Assembly: GCA_000991245.1 (NCBI GenBank)
Contig: LBRD01000008.1
Span: 1,686-65,685 of the forward strand
DNA from: Parcubacteria group bacterium GW2011_GWC1_36_108
GTDB taxonomy: Bacteria > Patescibacteriota > Minisyncoccia > Moranbacterales > GWC2-37-73
Reading direction: 5' to 3'
Length of the DNA stretch: 64,000 nt
Shown: in pieces, positions 38,988-48,851 of the stretch
Numbering within the stretch: position 1 is the stretch's first letter
Layout: each line of letters begins with the position of its first letter
The notes under the pieces: model-generated
Seen by the model: the letters and a program-made list of their open reading frames with translations, nothing else
Databases searched by the model: none
What the model was told of the DNA's origin: nothing
Position numbers and translations under genes: made by a program

Positions 38988-39539
38988 TTATAAATCAGGA
39001 AATACAGCTTTTACTGAAACACAATTGTTTGCAATATTACAAGTCCCCGGAAATCCAGTTATTGATGCAAATCCGTTATTTTTCCAAGTCACATAACTCG
39101 TTACTTCTATTTCTCTTGTTGATAGAGCTTTAGTGCCTGTCACAGTCAAATAGATTGTCCTATAAAATTTTGTTGGGACCGATCCTGCTCCATTAGTGTG
39201 AGTATAAAAACCACCATTCAAATAGAGTCGCTTATCTGTTCCAACACCCATATTTAAAGCTGAACTTGTATAATCAATCCGTTTATCATTATATGGAGAT
39301 CCAAGTGCATTAAGTGCATCCAAAGTTGCTTCACCATTATCTTTCAAATTCCTAACAAGTTCAATACCTTCTTGAGCAAGCTCTGAAGCAATGATTTGAT
39401 TTTTAGCATTGATTGAATTTTTCGTATTCGCCGTCATCAAAAACAGCACAGATGAAATGCCAATCGACAAAACCAAGAGAGAGATCAGAACCTCTACCAA
39501 AGAAAACCCCCGCTTAATTTTATTATATTTTTTTTCCAT
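38988..39539 (-). CDS. Minor pilin (PilV-like)
   Basis: KRG|FSLVEVL; ASELAQEGIELVRN. Confidence 0.85.
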   Translation of the reverse strand: MEKKYNKIKRGFSLVEVLISLLVLSIGISSVLFLMTANTKNSINAKNQIIASELAQEGIELVRNLKDNGEATLDALNALGSPYNDKRIDYTSSALNMGVGTDKRLYLNGGFYTHTNGAGSVPTKFYRTIYLTVTGTKALSTREIEVTSYVTWKNNGFASITGFPGTCNIANNCVSVKAVFPDL

Positions 39540-39545
39540 TTTTTT

Positions 39546-39616
39546 ACCCCATTGAATTGTTTACCCAGTTGAATTTATTTATATTCAACAGGGCGGAAAC
39601 ACTATTCAATTGGGGT
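39546..39616. repeat. CCCC(G/A)TTGAAT...ATTCAA(C/T)TGGGG REP with a second copy nested inside
   Basis: Outer arms ACCCCATTGAAT/ATTCAATTGGGGT; inner copy at 39563-39594. Confidence 0.75.
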
Positions 39617-39628
39617 CATTTTTTATTT

Positions 39629-40159
39629 TTATGGACAAGCAACACCTTTTTGTTCAGTCACGGAACCATTTGCCGAAACAACAACTGATGCGCAAACGCT
39701 GGCAATTGTTGATCTTAATATGATTATTTTTACGCCATCAACCCTTCCATCTGGCGGACTAAAAAACAAATTTACATCTGAGCCAACAAATGAAACTCTT
39801 TTTTTGGTAAGATCAATAGATTGCCCACCGATAGCTATTTCAGTAGGAGTAACAGCACAATCACTATAATATTTAACAGTATAAGTAACGCCTAGAGGTG
39901 CATCTAATTCAAATTTACAAGCATTTATATCAGCAATGCCGTCCGCATTAGTATCAAATCGTTTTCCATTCAATGCTTCGTTTTGCAGAGCTCTAATCTG
40001 AGCTGCAATTTGTCTAGCTACCACTTCAACATCCGAAGATGCTTTCTTGCCATTTTGATTCACAAAAAGAACTCCTGTCATAAAAATCATAATTGCAGCC
40101 ACAATTAGCATTTCTACCAAGGAGAAACCTTTTTTAATTTTTGAAAATTTTTGTTTCAT
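39629..40159 (-). CDS. Minor pilin (FimT/GspH-like)
   Basis: KKG|FSLVEML prepilin motif. Confidence 0.85.
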   Translation of the reverse strand: MKQKFSKIKKGFSLVEMLIVAAIMIFMTGVLFVNQNGKKASSDVEVVARQIAAQIRALQNEALNGKRFDTNADGIADINACKFELDAPLGVTYTVKYYSDCAVTPTEIAIGGQSIDLTKKRVSFVGSDVNLFFSPPDGRVDGVKIIILRSTIASVCASVVVSANGSVTEQKGVACP

Positions 40160-40160
40160 C

Positions 40161-40961
40161 TTATCCTAACATAAAAAACCAATATTTAAGGGCTGGAAAC
40201 ATTTGCGGAAGAATGATTACCAGAAAAGTTCCTGTAATCAAAAAAGGTGCAAAAGGAACTTGGCTTTTCATTGTTTTCTTGCTAATAGCAATAAGTCCAA
40301 CACTGATTAGCGCGCCGATTGTAAACGAAAGCATCAGCGCCACAATAATATTAGGCCAACCAACAACCATCCCTACTAAAAGTCCGAGATAAGCATCGCC
40401 ATATCCCATCCATGTTTCTTTGGAATATGCTGCCAGTGACCAGAAAAATCCGCCCGCTACCAATCCGCCGACTATTCCTGAAATCGTGCGCAAATCCAAA
40501 ATTGAAGTTGCAAAACCAAAATTTTGCCAATCAGAAAAAAGAAAAAATGCCAAACTCACTCCAACTCCAAGCCACAAAATCAGCATCGGAATTTCCATAT
40601 ATCTGAAATCATACACGAAAATAATCATCAGAATTGAAAATGAAATCAAATAATACATTGTCAGCATCCAACTCGAAAGATCGAGCACATTGAAAAAATA
40701 ATTTCCTATGAGCGCAAAAACAATTCCAGTCATAGCTTCGACAACTGGATATTGCCAAGAAATTTTTTCGCCGCAATCTCTGCATTTTGCGCTAAGCAAA
40801 ACGAAACTAAGGAGCGGCACATTATCGAACCATCTGACTTTCTTTTTGCAATTTGGACAATGACTCCTCTCCATCAAAGATTCCACCGCATTCAAGCGAT
40901 ACACAACCGCATTCAAAAAACTTCCGATAATAAGTCCAAGGATGAGGAAAATAATAAGCAT
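40161..40961 (-). CDS. pilD: Prepilin peptidase
   Basis: GSFLNAVVYRL, RSHCPNC, KCRDC...ISWQYP, MGYGD, PFAPFL; ATG 40961 preferred (extension to 41012 translates a REP). Confidence 0.93.
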   Translation of the reverse strand: MLIIFLILGLIIGSFLNAVVYRLNAVESLMERSHCPNCKKKVRWFDNVPLLSFVLLSAKCRDCGEKISWQYPVVEAMTGIVFALIGNYFFNVLDLSSWMLTMYYLISFSILMIIFVYDFRYMEIPMLILWLGVGVSLAFFLFSDWQNFGFATSILDLRTISGIVGGLVAGGFFWSLAAYSKETWMGYGDAYLGLLVGMVVGWPNIIVALMLSFTIGALISVGLIAISKKTMKSQVPFAPFLITGTFLVIILPQMFPALKYWFFMLG

Positions 40962-40972
40962 AATATTGTCTG

Positions 40973-41059
40973 TGTCATTCCGGACTTGATCCGGAATCCC
41001 GAGCTTTGGCACACAGGCCTTTCTGCCACGAGAGATACTGAAACAAGTTCAGTATGACA
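40973..41059. repeat. TGTCAT...ATGACA REP doublet
   Basis: TGTCATTCCGGACTTGATCCGGAATCC ... AGATACTGAAACAAGTTCAGTATGACA. Confidence 0.8.
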
Positions 41060-41153
41060 AAATAAAATCTTAACTTCCTAAATTTTACCACAAAAACAAA
41101 AAGTATGCCAATTCAACACATACTTTCAATCCTGAAAAAATCTAGCCTTATAA

Positions 41154-41531
41154 TTAAGGCGTGCAAGAACCAGTAGTGGCATTGCAAATTATATTAACAC
41201 CACCGCATGTTCCCGTAAACAAATTTCCTGCTGCCGCGAAAGATGAGCAGCCATTAGGTTCTGCCGGCCATTTTGCATCTGTCGTGGAAATAGGATTACA
41301 AATATAACCATCAGGAGCATACGCAAGCAATGAACTACCAGCAGAAACACAAAAAATCATATAATTTAATGCACTTTTCATTGTTGTTTTTCCAGCGCCA
41401 AATCTAGCCTTATCCCGAGAAGCATTCATACTTACCAGAATAGCCGCAGCCAAAATTCCAATAATAGCAATCACAATCAGAAGCTCAATCAATGTAAACC
41501 CCCGCCTAGCCGGCAGGTATGTTTTTTTCAT
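41154..41531 (-). CDS. Type IV pilin (major-pilin-like paralog 3)
   Basis: G|[17 protein letters not shown]; Cys-rich C-terminus. Confidence 0.9.
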   Translation of the reverse strand: MKKTYLPARRGFTLIELLIVIAIIGILAAAILVSMNASRDKARFGAGKTTMKSALNYMIFCVSAGSSLLAYAPDGYICNPISTTDAKWPAEPNGCSSFAAAGNLFTGTCGGVNIICNATTGSCTP

Positions 41532-41631
41532 AAATTTTAATGTTTTTTATTTTTTGTATTTAATATTTTGTATTTCACATTATATAAATTTTACCATAAA
41601 AACAATTAGGCACCAAATTAAAATACAAAAC

Positions 41632-41661
41632 AAAAAGAACTCAGGAAAACTGAGTTCTTTT
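41632..41661. terminator. Intrinsic terminator after pilin paralog 2
   Basis: AAAAAGAACTCAG-GAAAA-CTGAGTTCTTTT. Confidence 0.75.
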
Positions 41662-41708
41662 GCAAGATGATACCGTGTAAAAAATACGCGATATAATAAA
41701 AATACTAA

Positions 41709-42068
41709 CTAGGTTGTGACACAAGAACCGAGTGAGGCATCACAAGTTATTGTTGAAGTTCCGCATGCTCCAATAAGTTGATCACCCGATACAGACAATG
41801 TGCAACCATTTGGTTGTGCTGGGAATAGGGCGTCAGTAGTTGCCACAGTTGAACAAATAGCTCCACCACTAGAATAGTTATTTATAGAACTTGTACCATC
41901 ACCAACACACAACACCATATAAGTCAAAGCACTTCTCATTGATGCTTGAGCTGATGCTAATTGTGCTTTTGTTCGAGCATTAGAAGTGCTTACCAAAATA
42001 ACTCCTGCCAAAATACCAATGATTGCAATTACAATCAAAAGTTCAATCAATGTAAAACCTTTTTTCAT
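41709..42068 (-). CDS. Type IV pilin (major-pilin-like paralog 2)
   Basis: MKKG|[17 protein letters not shown]. Confidence 0.9.
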   Translation of the reverse strand: MKKGFTLIELLIVIAIIGILAGVILVSTSNARTKAQLASAQASMRSALTYMVLCVGDGTSSINNYSSGGAICSTVATTDALFPAQPNGCTLSVSGDQLIGACGTSTITCDASLGSCVTT

Positions 42069-42083
42069 ATTATTTTTTCTTTA

Positions 42084-42173
42084 TGTCATCTTGAGCGATT
42101 CGTCAGCAGACGAAGAGTCGAAAGATCTGAACCCGGATCCTCACGTCGCACTGCTGTGCTCCTCAGGATGACA
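42084..42173. repeat. TGTCAT...ATGACA composite palindromic element
   Basis: Same family as 30162-30278; contains hairpin TTCGTCAGCAGACGAA, also present in the element at 55984-56174. Confidence 0.8.
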
Positions 42174-42275
42174 CTATGATATTATTATCTTTTTAATATT
42201 ATTTATTGTTTTTGCTAAAAAATCGACCTATCTCTTTTAGCGTATATTTAAACTCACACTCAATCTAACAAAAAT

Positions 42276-42689
42276 TTATGGCGTAGAACAACTATTATTA
42301 GCATAACTGCATGTTATTGTAGGTTGTCCACTTTTAGTCGCGGTAAATGTATAAGTTGATATTTGAGCGTTTGTTGCTGCAGCAGCAGTAACGGTATATC
42401 CTGTTTTAGCATTTACATTTGGCCAAAGAACACTATGACTTGCATCATTGCAAATTTTACTTGCAACATTATAAGCATTAAGTCCGGCACCATCATCCTG
42501 ACAAGTTACAATTTCCGGTAAAACACTTGATAGAGTTGTGATCGCAGAAGCTGTTTTTGATTTATCAATACTACTTCCAGTACTAACCAAAACAACACCA
42601 GCTAAAATTCCAATGATTGCAATTACAAGCATGAGCTCAATGAGTGTAAACGCCTTTTTCTGCATATGTTTATTTATCTTGATTTTCAT
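42276..42689 (-). CDS. Type IV pilin (major-pilin-like paralog 1)
   Basis: KKA|[17 protein letters not shown]; extended -10 TGCTATAAT at 42696-42704 overlaps the ORF-track start, so a later ATG is preferred. Confidence 0.9.
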   Translation of the reverse strand: MKIKINKHMQKKAFTLIELMLVIAIIGILAGVVLVSTGSSIDKSKTASAITTLSSVLPEIVTCQDDGAGLNAYNVASKICNDASHSVLWPNVNAKTGYTVTAAAATNAQISTYTFTATKSGQPTITCSYANNSCSTP

Positions 42690-42750
42690 ATTTTTATTAT
42701 AGCACAAAAATTATTTATTTTAAACCCTTCAATAAATTTTCTCCTTATCA

Positions 42751-42874
42751 TTCTCTCCTTTGATAAGGAGAGATGTCTTGTATTCAAGACAGAGAGGTCA
42801 GAGAGAATCGTTACTAAGGCTCCGCTCAAACCCCTCCGCCCTATCGGGCACCTCCCCTCATCCGAGGAGAGGAA
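42751..42874. repeat. CTCC...GGAG composite palindromic element downstream of pilC
   Basis: Hairpins TCTCTCCTT-TGAT-AAGGAGAGA, TGTCTTG-TATT-CAAGACA, GCCC-TATC-GGGC, CCTC-ATCC-GAGG. Confidence 0.6.
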
Positions 42875-42892
42875 GATAGTGAAGAAAACCTT

Positions 42893-44104
42893 TTATTGCA
42901 TCTGTCCCGCTATACTATATATCGGCATCAAAATAGCAAAGACTAAAATTCCAACACCCAAACCAAGAAAAGAAATCAGGATTGGTTCGAGCATTGTTGA
43001 AAGATTTCTGGTAATGCGATCGGTTTCTTGGTTGTAAAAAACTGACATATGTCTCAAAACTTCACTAATCTTTCCAGCTTCTTCTCCTATTTTTACCATT
43101 TGCGCAACGATTGGAGGAAAATATTCGCTGCGAGCAAAGACACTGCTTATTGTTCCTCCTTTTTTCACTTCGTCTGCTGCGCGTAAAATGACAGCTTCAT
43201 ATGCTGTGCTGTTTACAACTTCCCCCACAATAACCAACGCTCTGACAATTGGAATTCCTCCATCCAAGAGCACTGAGAGATTTTCAGAAAAACGAGATAT
43301 GTAAACATATTGAAAAAGTTTTCCAATTACAGGGATTTTCATTTTGATAATATCCCATTCTCTTTTCCCATCTTCTGTTTTAACGTAATAAACAATTCCA
43401 CTGACAACAGCAATAATAATAAGCCCTACCAACCACCAATAAACACTCATAAAATCGCCCATTTTCATCAAAACTGCTGTATACCAAGGAATTTCGACAT
43501 TCATATCTTTGAAAATACCTGTAAGTTTCGGAAGAACGACCGTAAAAACAATAAAACCGATGATGACTGCGGCAGACAAGACAAAAATTGGATAAAACAA
43601 GGCTCCTTTTATTTTTGAATTTAAATCGTAATTTTTCTCGGTATTTTCCGCCAAAAACAAGATGCTGCGTTGCAAATTTCCGGAAAGCTCCCCTGCTTTT
43701 ACCATACTAACAGCCAACGTTTCAAAAACATTCTTATGCTTTGACATAGCTTCGGAAAAAGGCACTCCATCTTCAATGTCGCTGATCATTTCAATTATCA
43801 CTGTTCTAAAAAAAACATTTTCAGTTTGATCTCCCACTGCCTGCAAAGAACCAATAATAGAAACTTTAGCCTCAATCAGCGTTGCCAGCTGCCTATAAAA
43901 AACAGAGAGTTCTCGCAAGCTAACACCCTCCCAAATGTGTTGCAAATCCTTCATCACAGCAGAAACTTCTTCAATTTTTTCAATCTTAAGCAGAATATAC
44001 CCCTTTTCTTGAAGCATTGCCACTGCAGCATCATTATTGGTAGCATCCACTTTGCCACTAATAATCTCGCCACCAGAATTTTTTGCCTGAAATAAAAATT
44101 TCAT
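42893..44104 (-). CDS. pilC: Type IV pilus platform protein (GspF family)
   Basis: F.RQLATLI, GELSGNL, IKGALFYP, GEEAG, LEP...AILMPIY. Confidence 0.93.
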   Translation of the reverse strand: MKFLFQAKNSGGEIISGKVDATNNDAAVAMLQEKGYILLKIEKIEEVSAVMKDLQHIWEGVSLRELSVFYRQLATLIEAKVSIIGSLQAVGDQTENVFFRTVIIEMISDIEDGVPFSEAMSKHKNVFETLAVSMVKAGELSGNLQRSILFLAENTEKNYDLNSKIKGALFYPIFVLSAAVIIGFIVFTVVLPKLTGIFKDMNVEIPWYTAVLMKMGDFMSVYWWLVGLIIIAVVSGIVYYVKTEDGKREWDIIKMKIPVIGKLFQYVYISRFSENLSVLLDGGIPIVRALVIVGEVVNSTAYEAVILRAADEVKKGGTISSVFARSEYFPPIVAQMVKIGEEAGKISEVLRHMSVFYNQETDRITRNLSTMLEPILISFLGLGVGILVFAILMPIYSIAGQMQ

Positions 44105-44118
44105 ATTAGTTAATTGAT

Positions 44119-45198
44119 TTATTTTTTACTAATCAACATCTGCAAGTATTCTTCGTTTTTTGAATAAATAAGTGCGTCATCCATTGTTATGAGTCCTCTT
44201 TGAATCAAATCTGCCAATGATTTGTCCAATGAAACCATCCCTTCCCTAAGACTTGTTTCAATCACACTGTCAATCTGATATGATTTATTTTCTCTGATCA
44301 AATTTTCTACTGCATGATTGTTCATCATAATCTCCATAGCAGGAATTCGTCCTCCTCCAACTTTCGGAACCAAGCGCTGAGAAACCACACCCAGCAGCAC
44401 GCTTGCAAGCTGCGATCTGATTTGATTTTGTTGATGCGCGGGAAAAACATCCACGATTCTATCAATGGTTTGTGAGGTGTCATTGGTGTGAAGCGTTGCC
44501 AAAATCAAATGCCCGGTTTCTGCAGCCGTCATAGCCGTGCTTATTGTGTCCAAATCTCGAAGCTCTCCAATAAGAACAACGTTTGCATCTTCACGAAAAA
44601 CACTGCGAAGCCCATCCGGAAAAGATTTAGTATCCCTGCCAACTTCGCGTTGATTGATTATGCATCTGTCCTGCTCGTAAATATATTCAATAGGATCTTC
44701 AATAGTGATTATATGTTTGTCTTCATTATGATTAACAAAATCAATCAGTGCGGAAAGTGTTGTTGATTTTCCGTGTCCAACAGGCCCTGTTACTAAGAGC
44801 AACCCTTGCGTGTTTTTGGTAAAATCATATAGTATCGGCGGAATATTTAATTCTTCCAGAGTTCTAACATTTCCAGAGACCATACGCATAGTCACACTTG
44901 TGTTTCCCTGTTGATGAAAAATATTAGTTCGAAATCGAGCTTTGTCTTCGAAATTATATGAGAAATCAACCTGACCATCTGCAATCAACTTTTTTTTGTT
45001 ATCCTCGCTCATCAAAGCATCGCTGAGTGCTTGCGTGTCATCAGCAGATAAAATTGATTCTTGAGTCAATGGATACAATTTTCCATCCAGCCTGAGTGTT
45101 GGATAACGACCCACAACCAAATGCAAATCAGAAGCATTTTGCTGAGCCACCAATCGCAGAAGATTTTTTATTCTTTGTTCGCTTTGCAATGTTGTCAT
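44119..45198 (-). CDS. pilT: Type IV pilus retraction ATPase
   Basis: ASDLHL, GPVGHGKSTT, TIEDPIEY, GELRD, AAETGHL...TLHT. Confidence 0.95.
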   Translation of the reverse strand: MTTLQSEQRIKNLLRLVAQQNASDLHLVVGRYPTLRLDGKLYPLTQESILSADDTQALSDALMSEDNKKKLIADGQVDFSYNFEDKARFRTNIFHQQGNTSVTMRMVSGNVRTLEELNIPPILYDFTKNTQGLLLVTGPVGHGKSTTLSALIDFVNHNEDKHIITIEDPIEYIYEQDRCIINQREVGRDTKSFPDGLRSVFREDANVVLIGELRDLDTISTAMTAAETGHLILATLHTNDTSQTIDRIVDVFPAHQQNQIRSQLASVLLGVVSQRLVPKVGGGRIPAMEIMMNNHAVENLIRENKSYQIDSVIETSLREGMVSLDKSLADLIQRGLITMDDALIYSKNEEYLQMLISKK

Positions 45199-45242
45199 TT
45201 TGTTTTTATATTAAAAACACTGTGTTTACATTATACCAATTT

Positions 45243-45626
45243 TTACATCTTCAGCAAAGTTTTTACTTTGAGCACAACCTCTGATGGTGTGAAATGCGAT
45301 TTTATCAAATATCCATCAGCTCCATTTTCAACACTATTAACAATATTTTCATTATCTTTTGAAATATTTGTAAGCATTATGATTGGAATATTTTTTAAAA
45401 CATCAATGCTTTTTATTTTTTTAAAAACTTGAGTACCATCCATATTCGGCATAATTATATCAAGCAAAATAATATCAGGAATTTCTTTTTTCAATTTTTC
45501 CATAGCATCAACTCCGTCTTCAGCAACAACAACCTCAAAACCTTCCTGAGAAAATTTTATTTCATAAATATCCCTAATAAACGCATCATCTTCAGCGATC
45601 AATATTTTCTTAGCCCTAATAGCCAT
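45243..45626 (-). CDS. Single-domain response regulator (REC)
   Basis: AEDD, LLDIIMPNMDG, MLT, YLIK. Confidence 0.92.
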   Translation of the reverse strand: MAIRAKKILIAEDDAFIRDIYEIKFSQEGFEVVVAEDGVDAMEKLKKEIPDIILLDIIMPNMDGTQVFKKIKSIDVLKNIPIIMLTNISKDNENIVNSVENGADGYLIKSHFTPSEVVLKVKTLLKM

Positions 45627-45643
45627 ATTTATATTTTTTAAAC

Positions 45644-47362
45644 TTAGCCTTTATCATCTTCCATCTCGCCTCCAACATTCTTGCTTCCCTCGGTTACTCT
45701 TTCAACCTCTTCAAGCGTTGTCAGCCCAAGCAAAACCTTGAGCACACCATCTTGTTTGATTGTTACCATTCCTTGCTTGTTGGCATATTCTTGAACAGCA
45801 GTTTCTGAACCATTATGTTCGGAGATTATTTCTTTCATTTCTTTATCAATTTCAAGTGCTTCAAAAATTGCTACGCGACCTTTATATCCACTATTACCAC
45901 AAGATTCGCATCCTTTGCCTTTATACATATGCACTCCGTCTTCCAAATTAAGTTTATACTTTTCAATTTCCCCTTTTGACATTTTGTCTATTTGTTCATG
46001 AATATATCCTGAAACTGCTGGAGAAATTTTCACTTCCTCTTTGCAATCGCTGCAAATTCTTCGTACAAGTCTCTGCGCTCCCACAACCCGAAGAGATGAG
46101 GCCAACAAAAAAGCTTCGATTCCCATATCAATAAGTCGCGGAACTGCCCCAATGGAACTGTTTGTATGCAAAGTAGAAACAACTAAATGTCCTGTGAGCG
46201 CTGCGTGGATGGTAAGCTCAGCTGTTTCATTGTCACGAATTTCCCCAACCATAATCACATTAGGATCTTGACGCAAAATACTGCGAAGTCCGCTGGCAAA
46301 AGTATATCCTATTTCTGGGTTTATTTGACTTTGATTGATTCCAGAGATTGAATATTCAACAGGATCTTCAAGTGTTATTATGTTTCGTTCCTCCTTGTTA
46401 AGAATATCCAAACAAGCATACAGCGTTGTTGATTTTCCACTTCCTGTTGGACCTGTCATTAAAATAATACCGAATGGTTCTTTAATATTTCGAGTAAGAA
46501 TTTCCCGCCCACTTCCCATAAGACCCATACTTTCAAGGTCGATGACTTTGCTGCCCGTGTCCAAAAGACGCAGCACGACTTTTTCGCCATCAATCACGGG
46601 CAAAGTCGACACACGAAAATCAACCGAATGCCCATCTTCCTTAATTTTAAATCTTCCATCCTGAGGTTTTCTTTTCTCGTCTATTTTTAAATTAGAAAGA
46701 ATTTTTATTCTTGACACAACAGCCCTGCCAACTTCTTTTGGGATAGAAAGAGAAGCGTACAGAACACCGTCAACTCTGAAACGAACACGATATTCTTTTG
46801 CGCCATAAGGCTCAATATGGATATCGCTAGCCTTTCCGTCAATCGCATGCCTAATAACAACACTTAAGAGCTTTGTCACAGGCGCTGATTGCAAACTATC
46901 ATTAGCTTTTGAGTCATCCTCCTCCCCTGCTGGCAAATTCATATCTCCAATGCTTTCCATTTGCAAAGAATCCATCGCTTCTTCAATAGCCCTCTCTGCG
47001 CCACCTTCATATTGCTCTATCATTTTCTGAAAAACTCCCTCCGAAACCAAATATAAATCAAATTCTAATTTTTTTTTCTCTGAAATAAAGCGCAGGATAT
47101 TAAGGGCATTTGTATTTTGTGGATCAATTATTGCTATTTTAACATTGGCTCCACTGGCTTCAAAAGCAACAATTTTATTTTGCTTTGCGATATCTTCAGA
47201 GATAATATTCAATGTTTCAGAAATAATAGTTGGAGCATCTTGAAGATACGGAATTCCTAATTCCTTGGCTCTTTTTAATATTTCGTCAGAATCAGAATGC
47301 ACCAAGCTTGATTTGCTTGCGGTTGATGCGACATTTTTTTTTAATGTATTTTTTTTCTCCAT
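45644..47362 (-). CDS. pilB: Type IV pilus extension ATPase (GspE/PilB)
   Basis: ASDIHIEP, PQDGR, GPTGSGKSTTLY, LRQDPN, Cys motifs CSDC/CESC. Confidence 0.95.
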   Translation of the reverse strand: MEKKNTLKKNVASTASKSSLVHSDSDEILKRAKELGIPYLQDAPTIISETLNIISEDIAKQNKIVAFEASGANVKIAIIDPQNTNALNILRFISEKKKLEFDLYLVSEGVFQKMIEQYEGGAERAIEEAMDSLQMESIGDMNLPAGEEDDSKANDSLQSAPVTKLLSVVIRHAIDGKASDIHIEPYGAKEYRVRFRVDGVLYASLSIPKEVGRAVVSRIKILSNLKIDEKRKPQDGRFKIKEDGHSVDFRVSTLPVIDGEKVVLRLLDTGSKVIDLESMGLMGSGREILTRNIKEPFGIILMTGPTGSGKSTTLYACLDILNKEERNIITLEDPVEYSISGINQSQINPEIGYTFASGLRSILRQDPNVIMVGEIRDNETAELTIHAALTGHLVVSTLHTNSSIGAVPRLIDMGIEAFLLASSLRVVGAQRLVRRICSDCKEEVKISPAVSGYIHEQIDKMSKGEIEKYKLNLEDGVHMYKGKGCESCGNSGYKGRVAIFEALEIDKEMKEIISEHNGSETAVQEYANKQGMVTIKQDGVLKVLLGLTTLEEVERVTEGSKNVGGEMEDDKG

Positions 47363-47404
47363 AATAAATAAGGAACCTTAAATCAGGAATTCGGGTAGCA
47401 AAAA

Positions 47405-48181
47405 TTAATTAACAATAAATGGATTTTGCTTTCCTTCAGGAGCAATGTAATCCCCGATTAATTGAGCTTTTTGAGGAATATATTTTTTCAGCGCAATAAT
47501 CGTTTCATTGTCCAAAATGGCATTAAAATTTTCAACTTTCTGGTTGTTTATTTTTATATTATCCAAATACCCAAAAGTTATTTCGACATCGGCCAACAAT
47601 AGATTACTGTTATTAGCAACAGGCTCTCCCTCTGCTTCTTGCTCACCATCTGCTTCATTTGTTTGCTTTGCGATTTTCACAAATTTAACAGCATTAAAAA
47701 CTGGCATTCTTTGCAAATTATTAAGGAAAATTCTTACTTTTTCATATTCGCCAGCGATTGAAATCTCAGCGGGAATTGTTTGCAATGAATTAATTTCATT
47801 TAAAGCCTCCTGACCATCAGAAGATGCAACATTTTTAGCTGTCAAAGCAGTAGCCTTTTCGACACTTTTTAAGGAAATGTCCAACAATGAAACATTCGCA
47901 TCATTGGCCAGGAAATTTATTTCACTAATAATTCGCTCCTCAGTTTTATTGCTCGGCAAATATCTTTTTACGACATTTTGTATGTCAGCATTATCAACAA
48001 GCTCTTTCCCGAGTGCTTCGATTGTTGCGTTTCTATTATTAATTTCGTTTAATTCTTCTTTTTTTGCAATAATATCCTCATTTATTTTCTTGATATTATT
48101 TATTTCAGGCCATATAAAACTAATAAAAATCACGACCGAAACAGAAAGCATAATTGGGAAGAAAAGAAATTTTAATTTCAT
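47405..48181 (-). CDS. PilO-like alignment protein
   Basis: N-terminal TM, coiled coil, GEYEKVRIFL; position after pilM/pilN. Confidence 0.75.
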   Translation of the reverse strand: MKLKFLFFPIMLSVSVVIFISFIWPEINNIKKINEDIIAKKEELNEINNRNATIEALGKELVDNADIQNVVKRYLPSNKTEERIISEINFLANDANVSLLDISLKSVEKATALTAKNVASSDGQEALNEINSLQTIPAEISIAGEYEKVRIFLNNLQRMPVFNAVKFVKIAKQTNEADGEQEAEGEPVANNSNLLLADVEITFGYLDNIKINNQKVENFNAILDNETIIALKKYIPQKAQLIGDYIAPEGKQNPFIVN

Positions 48182-48237
48182 TTTTTTAATCCAGGTTATT
48201 GTTTATTTCTAAGCAAAAACTGGGACAATATAATTTT

Positions 48238-48774
48238 TTATTTTTTAATTTTCATTTCAATATTACATTTCACACCTTCTTCACTGCGAGCAACATCCAC
48301 AATGTTTATTTCATCAAAATATTTGGAATTTTTAAGATTGAAAATTTGCAAAGCCAGATTATTAAAATTATCGGCTTCAAAAGAAACAATCGCTTTTTCT
48401 TGATCATATTCAAATTCAGAAACAAGCATTCCTGAGCTCATATCTTCGCCAAGATAATCAAGTACCTTGGTAATTTCCAGACGTGTTACGTTTTCATTTT
48501 CAATTTCAAGATTTTTTTTAATTTCAGTTAGACGATTTTGCGTATCCATAGCCATTTCAAGACTTTTCAAATTGACAATTTTTCCTTTTTCAACCAAAAT
48601 AGTCTCTGCCAAAGCATTATTTTTTCCTTCCACAATGGGAACATAAAATTTCAATGCTGCGAGCAACAACACAATAATAGCTAAAATTCCCAATGAAAAA
48701 AACATTCCTTTGTTCCCGCTTTTCAAAAAAGAATTGTCCTCCTGCTGAGTTTGATGCAAATTTATAGTGGTCAT
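48238..48774 (-). CDS. PilN-like alignment protein
   Basis: INL N-terminal motif, TM helix, coiled coil; directly after pilM. Confidence 0.75.
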   Translation of the reverse strand: MTTINLHQTQQEDNSFLKSGNKGMFFSLGILAIIVLLLAALKFYVPIVEGKNNALAETILVEKGKIVNLKSLEMAMDTQNRLTEIKKNLEIENENVTRLEITKVLDYLGEDMSSGMLVSEFEYDQEKAIVSFEADNFNNLALQIFNLKNSKYFDEINIVDVARSEEGVKCNIEMKIKK

Positions 48775-48781
48775 TTTTTTT

Positions 48782-48821
48782 GCCCCGTTGAATTCGCCTT
48801 TGGCGACTATTCAACTGGGGT
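48782..48821. repeat. CCCCGTTGAAT...ATTCAACTGGGG REP
   Basis: Same family as 39546, 55108 and the in-frame recG copy at 58073. Confidence 0.75.
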
Positions 48822-48851
48822 ATTAACTCCTTTTATTATGTTTTTATTTTT

